The notes under the pieces: generated by a model | Database searches by the model: none | Told to the model about the DNA's origin: nothing | Seen by the model: the letters and a program-made list of their open reading frames with translations, nothing else | Source of the DNA: a virus | Virus record (IMG/VR): IMGVR_UViG_3300048894_000085 | Span: 1-41,436 of that record | Length of the DNA: 41,436 bases | Strand: one strand, 5' to 3' | Position numbers and translations under genes: made by a program | In this document: piece by piece, positions 1 to 6,641 of the stretch | How positions within the stretch are numbered: position 1 is the stretch's first letter | Layout of the letters: each line of letters begins with the position of its first letter

Positions 1-127
1 CGCAGAAACAAAAATCTTATATGAAGTATCAAATATCCTATTTAGATAAACATATTATAGATAATGCTTATCTAAGACATAAAATAGAAGAACGATTAGT
101 TAAAAAGAAGGCCGCTAATAAACGGGA
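1..127. repeat. Terminal 127-bp direct repeat, identical to 41310-41436 (circular closure / assembly overlap)
   Basis: Base-by-base comparison: 'cgcagaaacaaaaatcttatatgaag...gccgctaataaacggga' occurs at both ends of the window. Confidence 0.95.
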
Positions 128-317
128 TCAAGACGAGTTAACTAATCATTATGTTAAAAGAAAAATAGCATATAGAACAGGGCTTAAATCAGCTGATATT
201 CCTGAAGAGTTAGTTGAAGCAAAAAGAGCGGTTATGGTATTGAATCGTGGTATTAGACGAAAAAGAGATGAATTTATTTTTAATTACATAGAGGAGAAAG
301 AAAATGGCAAAAGATGA
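1..317 (+). CDS. C-terminal part of the junction-spanning double zinc-ribbon/basic protein (continues from 40766-41436; 286 aa in total)
   Basis: The frame of ORF 21..317 is continuous with the open frame from ATG 40766 once the 127-bp overlap is collapsed (41330 equals position 21, and 41330-40766=564=188 codons). It ends with the family motif 'HYVKRKI...IPEELVEAKRAVMVLNRGI'. Confidence 0.7.
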   Translation, partial: QKQKSYMKYQISYLDKHIIDNAYLRHKIEERLVKKKAANKRDQDELTNHYVKRKIAYRTGLKSADIPEELVEAKRAVMVLNRGIRRKRDEFIFNYIEEKENGKR

Positions 318-585
318 TAGTAAGATTAAAAGCATTACAGAATTACGAGATCATGCACTCATGGCGATAGAGCGGTTATCGAATGGTGAAATTGACACAG
401 CGACGGCTGCTGCCACTGGCAAGCTCTGTGATAGCGTTATTCATACGATTAAAACCCAGCTTGAATATTCACGAATGGTAGGGATTGAGCCTGAGATTCC
501 GTTTATGTTGACACAAGTGAAAGGTAATTTAATTGAGCATGACAATAAAAAGCCGAATTTAGCTTTAGATCATAAACGTAGATAA
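304..585 (+). CDS. Hypothetical protein, 93 aa
   Basis: ORF with an ATG overlapping the upstream stop. Composition is helical and hydrophilic. No motif recognised. Confidence 0.6.
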   Translation: MAKDDSKIKSITELRDHALMAIERLSNGEIDTATAAATGKLCDSVIHTIKTQLEYSRMVGIEPEIPFMLTQVKGNLIEHDNKKPNLALDHKRR

Positions 586-591
586 AAAAAA

Positions 592-609
592 GCCAGTCGA
601 AAGACTGGC
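592..609 (-). terminator. Hairpin gccagtc-gaaa-gactggc flanked by A8 on the + strand 5' side (T8 after the stem on the minus strand)
   Basis: 7-bp GC-rich stem immediately after the stop at 585. A U-tract is present only for a minus-strand transcript; the + strand continues 'aaacctat'. Confidence 0.4.
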
Positions 610-663
610 AAACCTATAACTTAACAGAACAGGACAATAAGAGTTTAATCTTTATTAAGCTCT

Positions 664-691
664 TTGTCTTTCAATTTCTTTTGTGTATAAT
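664..691 (+). promoter_or_regulatory. Candidate sigma70 promoter TTGTCT-16-TATAAT in the rep leader
   Basis: ttgtct at 664-669 and tataat at 686-691. About 260 nt upstream of the rep ATG. Confidence 0.35.
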
Positions 692-736
692 TAAATCACA
701 TTCCCCAGTTTATCATCTATAGTTTTATGTCCAGAA

Positions 737-769
737 AATGACTATAAGTCATTGCTTTAAAAGTCATTG
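737..769. promoter_or_regulatory. Inverted repeat AATGACT-ata-AGTCATT plus a direct repeat of AAGTCATTG (746-754 and 761-769): candidate Rep operator
   Basis: Perfect 7-bp inverted repeat at 737-753. The 9-mer is repeated 15 bp apart. It shares the AAGTC core with the iterons inside rep. Confidence 0.35.
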
Positions 770-865
770 GATTTATCTTGAGTTTAATATTAGTATTTGA
801 GACAGTCGATAAGGAGAGCCTAGATAACTCTCCCCCGATGGAAATATCCATTTTCAGAGCAAAAC

Positions 866-913
866 ACCATTAAAAAATAGTCTTGGTCAGACGTTGTTAA
901 TTTTAATGGTTTT
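866..913 (+). promoter_or_regulatory. Leader hairpin ACCATTAAAA...TTTTAATGGT followed by TTT: attenuator-like structure 40 nt before the rep ATG
   Basis: 10-bp perfect inverted repeat (866-875 / 901-910) with a 25-nt loop, then ttt. Two smaller hairpins precede it (813-833 ggagag/ctctcc; 838-851 atgga/tccat). Confidence 0.35.
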
Positions 914-951
914 ACTCTAAAAAGCAATCATTAAATTTAACAAGGATAGCT

Positions 952-1824
952 ATGATAGAGAATAAAAAAGAAGTAAATTCAATTAAACTTTTACATGCTA
1001 TTCGTCAAATTCCCGCTACTTTAATCTCTGCAAACGAAAAATATATCTTAACTATTATTCTCTCTTGTATAAATATTGACAATATAACTTGGCATTCAAT
1101 GGATATTATTGCTGAATTTGCATGTGTTAGTAGATGGACAATTAGTAGACATATTAAAACATTAGAAGATAAAAAATTCATTTCAATCGTAAAACCTAAT
1201 CATTATACCCATGATGAAACAAATCATTATAGTTTAAATATTGACCTAATCTTATCTTTTTCTGTGGATAAGTCGCGTAGCAAATTGCTACATGATCCTA
1301 AAGTCGCGTTGCAATCTGCTACGCAATATACACAAGTCGCGTTGCAAGTTGCTCCAAGTCGCGTAGCAGATTGCAACGCCCTATATAATGAAGTAGAAGA
1401 AAAAAGAAGAAAGAAAGAAGAGAGGAAACGCGCACGCGAAAAACGCGTGCCACTCTCTGATTATTTTTTACCCAATGAAAAACTGAATGCGCTCATTCGT
1501 GAGACTTCAACCAAATCGGGCAAGTCCCCAGAAACCCTTTTGGCAAAATTTAAAAATATCCAAAAATCCAAAGACGGAACCAGCGCAGATTGGAATGCAG
1601 AGTATGAAAATTATTTGCACAATGAAAAACCACAGGGGTATGTCACAGGTGTCAGGGGTCAAGGCAACACTGAAATCAAAAGCACTGTACAATTTTATGG
1701 CGTAGGACACCCAGACTATGAGCGAGATAAGGAAATCAGGGAACGGGCAGAGCGAGAAAGGATTGCTAGAACTTCGCTCTCCCTCATGGATATGCAAGAA
1801 AAACGAAATAGCAAGTCACATTAA
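952..1824 (+). CDS. Replication initiator-like winged-HTH protein (lambda O / plasmid Rep-like) containing its own iteron array
   Basis: N-terminal HTH pattern 'MDIIAEFACVSRWTISRHIKTLEDKKFISIV'. Four 21-bp iterons and a purine tract lie inside the gene. C-terminal half is basic. Confidence 0.7.
   Translation: MIENKKEVNSIKLLHAIRQIPATLISANEKYILTIILSCINIDNITWHSMDIIAEFACVSRWTISRHIKTLEDKKFISIVKPNHYTHDETNHYSLNIDLILSFSVDKSRSKLLHDPKVALQSATQYTQVALQVAPSRVADCNALYNEVEEKRRKKEERKRAREKRVPLSDYFLPNEKLNALIRETSTKSGKSPETLLAKFKNIQKSKDGTSADWNAEYENYLHNEKPQGYVTGVRGQGNTEIKSTVQFYGVGHPDYERDKEIRERAERERIARTSLSLMDMQEKRNSKSH
1270..1376. repeat. Four iterons AAGTCGCGTWGCAAnnTGC (1270, 1301, 1334, 1356): candidate replication origin
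   Basis: Copies: aagtcgcgtagcaaattgcta / aagtcgcgttgcaatctgcta / aagtcgcgttgcaagttgctc / aagtcgcgtagcagattgcaa. Spacing is 31, 33 and 22 bp. Each contains a GCA..TGC dyad. Confidence 0.7.
1395..1450. promoter_or_regulatory. 34-nt all-purine tract (1395-1428) followed by palindrome GCACGCG-aaaaa-CGCGTGC (1432-1450), next to the iterons
   Basis: Read directly. The layout of iterons followed by an easily melted asymmetric tract mirrors lambda ori inside gene O. Confidence 0.55.
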
Positions 1825-2059
1825 GTTTTATTTTGAGCATTATCATGAGGATCTGAATTACTTTGATGAATATTTAAACAATGTGTTAAAATTCGATATC
1901 GACAAAGCACTGGATTGCTGGCGTTCGTTATCGAAAAATTTGGAGTTTTACAAAAGGGAAAGGATTAAAAATGAACAATCGAATCAACGCGTGGTACCAA
2001 AAAAAGCAGCTTATCAAAAAAAAGGTAAGTTTTGCGCAGCTTACCGAAGCACAACGTAA
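1718..2059 (+). CDS. Hypothetical ORF in the +1 frame relative to rep; real start unclear
   Basis: Plausible protein-like stretch 'KFYFEHYHEDLNYFDEYLNNVLKFDIDKALDCWRSL' begins after the rep stop. There is no ATG after 1824, and the 3' end overlaps ORF 1972-2142. Confidence 0.25.
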   Translation: MSEIRKSGNGQSEKGLLELRSPSWICKKNEIASHIKFYFEHYHEDLNYFDEYLNNVLKFDIDKALDCWRSLSKNLEFYKRERIKNEQSNQRVVPKKAAYQKKGKFCAAYRSTT

Positions 2060-2142
2060 GGTTTATTGGGAAAACTTGAAAAAGCTTTCGGAAGTTGGAT
2101 CAGGGATATGCCTAGAAGGCACCAAAATTGACCGTGGTTGAA
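1972..2142 (+). CDS. Small hypothetical protein, 56 aa
   Basis: ATG preceded by 'gggaaagga'. Translation is MNNRINAWYQKKQLIKKKVSFAQLTEAQRKVYWENLKKLSEVG... It is below the length cutoff of the ORF track. Confidence 0.45.
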
Positions 2143-2204
2143 CGTTTGAATATTTTTCAGGTGCGAACTACCCTTCCTTTAAAAACGGCGTAGGAGCGAA
2201 ATTT

Positions 2205-2615
2205 ATGGCTAAAAGTAAAGTTGTTCATTTTTATCACAACCATCCTTCCATTTATGATTCTGAATGTTTTTATTGTGGAAGTTTTGGACAATCTAAAGAT
2301 CATATTCCTCCAATCTCCTATCCAGAATATTTTGAAGAGGAAAAAAGATGGATTGTTCGAGCTTGTTTGATGTGTAATGGATTGCTAAGTAATCGGCCAT
2401 ATTTAACTTTTTTATCAAGATATGATTTTTTATTAATCAGATATCGTTTTAAATTTAGAAAATTATTAACAATGCCTATTTGGACTTATGAAGAAATATT
2501 AGATCTTCAAGGCAAATTAAAACGTACGATCATTTTAAATCAAAAGAAGAAAAAATACATTGAAAATAAAATATTATTTATCGAAGAGAAAATAAAATTC
2601 CTTCAAGGTTATTAA
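2205..2615 (+). CDS. HNH-type endonuclease-like protein
   Basis: 'CFYCGSFGQSKDHIPP' followed by 'ACLMCNGLLSNR' fits the CxxC...DH...CxxCN layout of HNH nucleases. Confidence 0.55.
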   Translation: MAKSKVVHFYHNHPSIYDSECFYCGSFGQSKDHIPPISYPEYFEEEKRWIVRACLMCNGLLSNRPYLTFLSRYDFLLIRYRFKFRKLLTMPIWTYEEILDLQGKLKRTIILNQKKKKYIENKILFIEEKIKFLQGY

Positions 2616-2639
2616 TTTTTTGTCAAATGGAGTTTGACT

Positions 2640-2927
2640 ATGCGGGCAAAACGAGTGGATGCGAATCAAAATGAGATAGTGAAATTTTTAAGAACAATCG
2701 GAGCGAGTGTGTGTAATATAAGCTCATTTGGAGAAGGTGCCCCAGATCTGATTGTTGGTTTATTTGGAAAAAACTTTTTATGGGAAGTGAAAGACGGTAA
2801 AAAATTCAAGTCACAGCAAAAGCTCACTCCGGCTGAGGAAAAGTTTCATGCAGGTTGGAAAGGACAAGTGTGTATTATTCGATCTATTGATGATGCGCTT
2901 CGTTTTATTAAAGATAATACAATATAA
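2640..2927 (+). CDS. PD-(D/E)xK nuclease (VRR-NUC / resolvase-like)
   Basis: 'GAPDLIVG...NFLWEVKDG' gives the D...E-x-K motif. 'DANQNEIVKFLRTIGASV' and 'KLTPAEEKFHAGWKGQV' are typical of small phage VRR-NUC-like proteins. GGAG lies 7 nt before ATG 2640. Confidence 0.65.
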   Translation: MRAKRVDANQNEIVKFLRTIGASVCNISSFGEGAPDLIVGLFGKNFLWEVKDGKKFKSQQKLTPAEEKFHAGWKGQVCIIRSIDDALRFIKDNTI

Positions 2928-2952
2928 TATACTATAATAATATTATATTGTA
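2918..2952. promoter_or_regulatory. All-AT 13-bp inverted repeat (tacaatataatat / atattatattgta) containing TATAAT-like hexamers
   Basis: Stem 2918-2930 / 2940-2952 with a 9-nt loop. It spans the stop of the nuclease gene and precedes the lysis cassette. Confidence 0.35.
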
Positions 2953-2984
2953 ATATATTAATAATCATTAGGAAGGGATTTTTT

Positions 2985-3140
2985 ATGATTGTAAGCCGTT
3001 GCTGTCATGCGGAGGTCATTGCTGCGTCTGCGATTTATTCTGCGCAGCTTTATGACGATTGGTATGAATGTTCTCAGTGTGAGAGAGTGTGTGCTACTAT
3101 GCAAATTAATATAACAAATAGGGATGTTGAAGATGAGTGA
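2985..3140 (+). CDS. Small Cys-rich protein, 51 aa
   Basis: 'aggaaggg' SD, then ATG. Translation is MIVSRCCHAEV...YECSQCERVCATM... The stop overlaps the endolysin start region. Confidence 0.45.
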   Translation: MIVSRCCHAEVIAASAIYSAQLYDDWYECSQCERVCATMQINITNRDVEDE

Positions 3141-3678
3141 TTTTGAATGTGCTGTCAATTATGTATTACGGAATGAAATGGGAATAGTTGAAAATCCGCA
3201 TGATAATGGGGGCATTACAAATTTTGGTATTTCATTACGATTTTTAAAAAGTCTTTCAGTTTTAGAATTAACAAAAATCAGTATTTTTGAAGAGCCTAAC
3301 GAAAAAACAATTCGTGATTTAACATTAAGTAAAGCGAAACTCATTTATTTTATGTACTTTTGGAGTGCAGCGCCTTTTGAAAAAATAATGAATCAGGAAC
3401 ATGGAAATTATATATTCGATATGGCGGTTTCAATGGGTGTGGCTCCTGCGATTAAATGTGTACAGCGTGCAAGCTGGGCAGTTCTTAAAAAAAGAGATTT
3501 AGTTGATGATGGGATACTGGGTGAAACGACATTACAAGCAATTAATGATCGTTGTGGGTTTTTGATTATGCCAGCATTGCGTTCGGAGCGTGCTGGATAT
3601 TATCGATTGATTGTGTCTAATTCTCACGATGAAAAGGAATTCATTAATGGATGGCTTAATAGAGCCTATTGCTCTTAA
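3124..3678 (+). CDS. Endolysin: GH108 N-terminal domain plus PG_binding_3 C-terminal domain
   Basis: 'FECAVNYVLRNEMGIVENPHDNGGITNFGIS' fits the GH108 signature. 'DDGILGETTLQAIN...RAGYYRLI...FINGWLNRAY' fits the PG_binding_3 signature. The start may be ATG 3133. Confidence 0.85.
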   Translation: MLKMSDFECAVNYVLRNEMGIVENPHDNGGITNFGISLRFLKSLSVLELTKISIFEEPNEKTIRDLTLSKAKLIYFMYFWSAAPFEKIMNQEHGNYIFDMAVSMGVAPAIKCVQRASWAVLKKRDLVDDGILGETTLQAINDRCGFLIMPALRSERAGYYRLIVSNSHDEKEFINGWLNRAYCS

Positions 3679-3880
3679 AAAAAATAGAGCGGATTACTAT
3701 GTACCATCAATTTTAGCTATCGGATTTTTGATTATTTATTCAGTTATCCAGATTTATTGTCTTTTACACATTGGATCAGAAGATGATATTATTAGCGCAC
3801 GATTACAAGATATTTTAATCATGATTGTGAGTTACTATTTTGGCAGTAGTCAGGAAAAACTAAAAGTAGGAAGCAATTAA
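3647..3880 (+). CDS. Small membrane protein, holin candidate
   Basis: Hydrophobic span 'VPSILAIGFLIIYSVIQIYCLL' and a second one 'ILIMIVSYYF'. It overlaps the endolysin 3' end. Confidence 0.4.
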   Translation: MDGLIEPIALKKNRADYYVPSILAIGFLIIYSVIQIYCLLHIGSEDDIISARLQDILIMIVSYYFGSSQEKLKVGSN

Positions 3881-3893
3881 ACTTCCTACTTTT
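3862..3893. terminator. Bidirectional intrinsic terminator between convergent operons
   Basis: 12-bp perfect stem aaaagtaggaag / cttcctactttt with an 8-nt loop. There is an A-run on one side and a T-run on the other. Confidence 0.7.
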
Positions 3894-3899
3894 GATAAG

Positions 3900-4148
3900 T
3901 TATTTTAATAATTCATCAAGTGATTTATCAAACGCATTAAAAATAATGAGTTCTAATACTTTACTTTTTGCAATGTTAATGCGTGCTTCCTGACATAAGC
4001 GAGCGGTGAGTTCGTCTAGTGCTTCGACTGCATTTAAAGTAATACGATATGTTTTAGTGAGATATTTCGATTCGCTCATTAAACCTATTTTTTCATCTTT
4101 GGGACTACTGGTTGTCATCATGCTTGAAACTCCTTTTAATTTAGACAT
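3900..4148 (-). CDS. Ribbon-helix-helix partition adaptor (ParG/ParB-like, type Ib)
   Basis: 82-aa protein directly downstream of ParA and overlapping it. C-terminal 'YRITLNAVEALDELTARL...SKVLELII' has a beta-helix-helix pattern. Confidence 0.55.
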   Translation of the reverse strand: MSKLKGVSSMMTTSSPKDEKIGLMSESKYLTKTYRITLNAVEALDELTARLCQEARINIAKSKVLELIIFNAFDKSLDELLK

Positions 4149-4912
4149 ATAATTTCCTCTGCTAACGCGTTAAAATCTTTTGCACCGTTAGAATGCGGTG
4201 CATAAAGAAAAATGGGTAATCCTTCGATCTTCGCTTGATTGATATTTTCATCTTGACGAATAATGGTTTTCAGAATTTGGTCATAAATCATCATCTCAGA
4301 TAGTTTGGCTTCGATATATTCGTTCGTTTTAGATTTTCGTACATCCTTTTGGTTGCGTAAAATATGATAGGAATGCGCTCTGTTTTCTTTTATTTCACGC
4401 GTGACTGCAAATAAATCATACATACCTTCTAATGCATCATTTTCATAAGTAATAGGAACGATAATTTTATCTGCTGCTAAAATTGCATTCACTGTTAAAT
4501 CGCCAAGAGTAGGGCAGCAATCAATAAAACAATAATCAAACTGATCTTTTATTTTATGAAGTTGACGATATAAAAGAGTTTCACGATAAGGCCGTGAACT
4601 CATTTCACGTTGCGCCATAGCTAAATCAATACGTGCGGGCATAATTGATAAATATTGAGCTATTTCTCGATTATCACTGACTGACATAATAGCACGGGAT
4701 GGATGGGATATTCTCTGTAAAATAACGTCTGAGACTGTATAAGCATCTTTTAAGTGAGTATCTGGAATGGTGCCTTTAGTTGCATTGCCACTCGGATCAA
4801 GATCGACTAATAAAGTACGTTTTGATTTTGTCGCAAAACAATAAGCGAGATTATAAGCGCACGCTGTTTTACCTACGCCCCCTTTTTGATTAATTAAAGC
4901 TATGATTTTCAT
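4136..4912 (-). CDS. parA: ParA/Soj-family partition ATPase
   Basis: Deviant Walker A 'NQKGGVGKT', 'LLVDLDPSGNAT', 'IDCCP' and 'VPI' motifs. 258 aa. Confidence 0.9.
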   Translation of the reverse strand: MKIIALINQKGGVGKTACAYNLAYCFATKSKRTLLVDLDPSGNATKGTIPDTHLKDAYTVSDVILQRISHPSRAIMSVSDNREIAQYLSIMPARIDLAMAQREMSSRPYRETLLYRQLHKIKDQFDYCFIDCCPTLGDLTVNAILAADKIIVPITYENDALEGMYDLFAVTREIKENRAHSYHILRNQKDVRKSKTNEYIEAKLSEMMIYDQILKTIIRQDENINQAKIEGLPIFLYAPHSNGAKDFNALAEEIICLN

Positions 4913-4913
4913 T

Positions 4914-5351
4914 TTATTTTGTCCTATCTTTTATTAATTGTTTTAATTGAATTAATGCACGTTTTGTCTGTATCAATTCTTGTGGTATTTTACTTTTTTT
5001 TATTTTTAATTGAGAAAGTAATAATCTTTTTATATAAGAATCATGAAGTGTCTCTTTTGTTTTTTTAGAATATTGTTTTTGATAGTCAATTCCATTAGGT
5101 GATTTATTCCATTGCAAAGCTTTTTGTATACGTTTTTCGCGATTTTTCAATTCAGTTTTTTTATTATAAATATAAACTGCATTAGGATTCTTAGCTTTAA
5201 AATTCATTGTTTTAATAATATTACATAAACGACATAATTTAACTAATAATGGTTTTCCTGTTTTTTTAGAAATATTTTTTGATGAATAAATCGCAATGTC
5301 TTTTTCATCTAAAATACCATGAGTTTTACATTTTTTATGTTTATGCATCAT
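4914..5351 (-). CDS. Zinc-ribbon/basic/helical family protein (paralogue B)
   Basis: 'CKTHG...LCRLCN' followed by 'LHDSYIKRLL...IPQELIQTKRALIQLKQLI'. The same architecture occurs in 13675-14121 and twice in 40766-317. Confidence 0.7.
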   Translation of the reverse strand: MMHKHKKCKTHGILDEKDIAIYSSKNISKKTGKPLLVKLCRLCNIIKTMNFKAKNPNAVYIYNKKTELKNREKRIQKALQWNKSPNGIDYQKQYSKKTKETLHDSYIKRLLLSQLKIKKSKIPQELIQTKRALIQLKQLIKDRTK

Positions 5352-5550
5352 AGGTAGCTTGAGCCAGCTCGTCTGTAGTAGATTTTTCATTCCATTCCCA
5401 TGTATTTAATTGCATTACACGGCGTATTTTAGATAACGGGAAGTAACGCGCTACAGTATCGGCAGTGTATTTAAAAGCTGTAAAAGCGAGTGTATGTTCT
5501 TTATTGCTGCCACGTTTATCCTCTTCGTAAACTTGATACCAGATAATCAT
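5341..5550 (-). CDS. Hypothetical protein, 69 aa
   Basis: ORF packed tightly within the operon. No motif recognised. Confidence 0.5.
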   Translation of the reverse strand: MIIWYQVYEEDKRGSNKEHTLAFTAFKYTADTVARYFPLSKIRRVMQLNTWEWNEKSTTDELAQATYDA

Positions 5551-5724
5551 TTAAACATCCTCACTAGCATGGTTTTTCATTTTAATAGCGATTAGTTGTA
5601 ATGTTTCTAATAATTGAGCCATATTGATATTTAATTCTAGTAATTCACGAGCTATATTGTCGATTACCGCTAATTCAGTGGTTAAATTATCGCCATGGAT
5701 CATATTGTATAGTTCTTTTCTCAT
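5551..5724 (-). CDS. Small hypothetical protein, 57 aa
   Basis: ATGA overlap with the upstream stop, and TAA directly abuts the next ATG. Translation is MRKELYNMIHGDNLTTELAVIDNIARELLELN... Confidence 0.45.
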   Translation of the reverse strand: MRKELYNMIHGDNLTTELAVIDNIARELLELNINMAQLLETLQLIAIKMKNHASEDV

Positions 5725-6089
5725 TCTTCATCATCCTCTAAACATTTAATATAATGGGTTATATCTTCGCGAGTCATAGAATTAATGTAGCAATAAGCTA
5801 GATCATCTTTAGCTAAAGTCATTAAATCATCAAATATAAGTTGGAATTCTTTTTCGGTATATTCGCCTCGTTTATTTTTTTCTAATTCAGAGTCAATATC
5901 GATAGAAAGAGATTTAATAAAACCAAGAAGCTCTGTTTCTTCCCAATGAGTGAATGGCTCCCAGATTGTTATATTATCATCGCTCGCAACAATCATAGAT
6001 AAAATACTATCAAAGTTATGACTCCTTGGATAATCACTCATGATATGATTTAAAACTAATATTTGTCCTATTGTTAAAGAATTATTCAT
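5721..6089 (-). CDS. Acidic hypothetical protein
   Basis: ORF with a very acidic C-terminus (..CLEDDEE). Probable start is MNNSL at 6089. Confidence 0.55.
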   Translation of the reverse strand: MNNSLTIGQILVLNHIMSDYPRSHNFDSILSMIVASDDNITIWEPFTHWEETELLGFIKSLSIDIDSELEKNKRGEYTEKEFQLIFDDLMTLAKDDLAYCYINSMTREDITHYIKCLEDDEE

Positions 6090-6402
6090 TTTTATCACTC
6101 CAAACATAAAGATCAGCGCAAATACGCTCTACAGCATACCAACATAATAAGTTTTTAAATTGAGCCATAGAGCCAACATCTTTTTGACCACTCCATGTTT
6201 TTATAAATTCAATGATGGTGAGACCTTGGTTATCAGCATCATTCCATAATAGATCCCATATTTCATCCTCGAATTTGTCATGAAACTCGGATGTTTCATG
6301 GTAATAGATAAAACCACCTACGCCACCGGAACAGCCATGTTTAGCGACATCCTGAATTTCGTCAGGGGATAGATTTTCGAGAATATATTCTTTAATTGTC
6401 AT
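6082..6402 (-). CDS. Hypothetical protein, 106 aa
   Basis: ORF with 'VAKHGCSGGVGGFIYYHETSEF...DEIWDLL'. First gene after promoter 6426-6454. Confidence 0.6.
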   Translation of the reverse strand: MTIKEYILENLSPDEIQDVAKHGCSGGVGGFIYYHETSEFHDKFEDEIWDLLWNDADNQGLTIIEFIKTWSGQKDVGSMAQFKNLLCWYAVERICADLYVWSDKNE

Positions 6403-6425
6403 GTTCGTTTCCTGTAATGTTAATA

Positions 6426-6454
6426 TATTATAATATAATGTTAATATAAATGCA
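6426..6454 (-). promoter_or_regulatory. Candidate sigma70 promoter TTGCAT-17-TATAAT (minus strand)
   Basis: Reverse complement of 6449-6454 is ttgcat, and of 6426-6431 is tataat. About 24 nt upstream of ATG 6402. Confidence 0.5.
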
Positions 6455-6461
6455 ACTATTT

Positions 6462-6641
6462 ATTAATGCGATTCTCCGTGTTCTTTGCGTCTATGTAATA
6501 GGATAGCGTTAATCATTCCTATTATATCTTCAAGATTTTCAGTAGGTACTGAATGTAAAGCTGAAAATACTATTTCGCCATTTCCAGCATTTTTAAGAGC
6601 ATTAACTAAATTTTGCATTCTAATTTTTTGAGATTTTTTCA
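6462..6641 (-). CDS. Small hypothetical protein, 59 aa
   Basis: TAATG overlap with the upstream gene. Translation is MKKSQKIRMQNLVNALKNAGNGEIVFSALHS... Confidence 0.45.

Noticed and set aside
1487-1797. Track ORFs 1487-1705 (+) and 1507-1797 (-) inside rep
   Set aside because: These are alternative-frame or antisense shadows of the longer rep ORF, with implausible composition.
1790-1830. Programmed +1 frameshift joining rep (952-1824) to the downstream open frame 1718-2059 near 'caagaaaaacgaaat'
   Set aside because: The downstream frame is +1 rather than -1. No recognisable slippery site with a stimulatory element is present. An assembly indel or an independent non-ATG start are equally possible. 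This cannot be decided from the sequence alone.
2958-3344. Track ORFs 2958-3158 (-) and 3159-3344 (-)
   Set aside because: They are antisense to the SD-preceded Cys-rich ORF and to the motif-supported endolysin.
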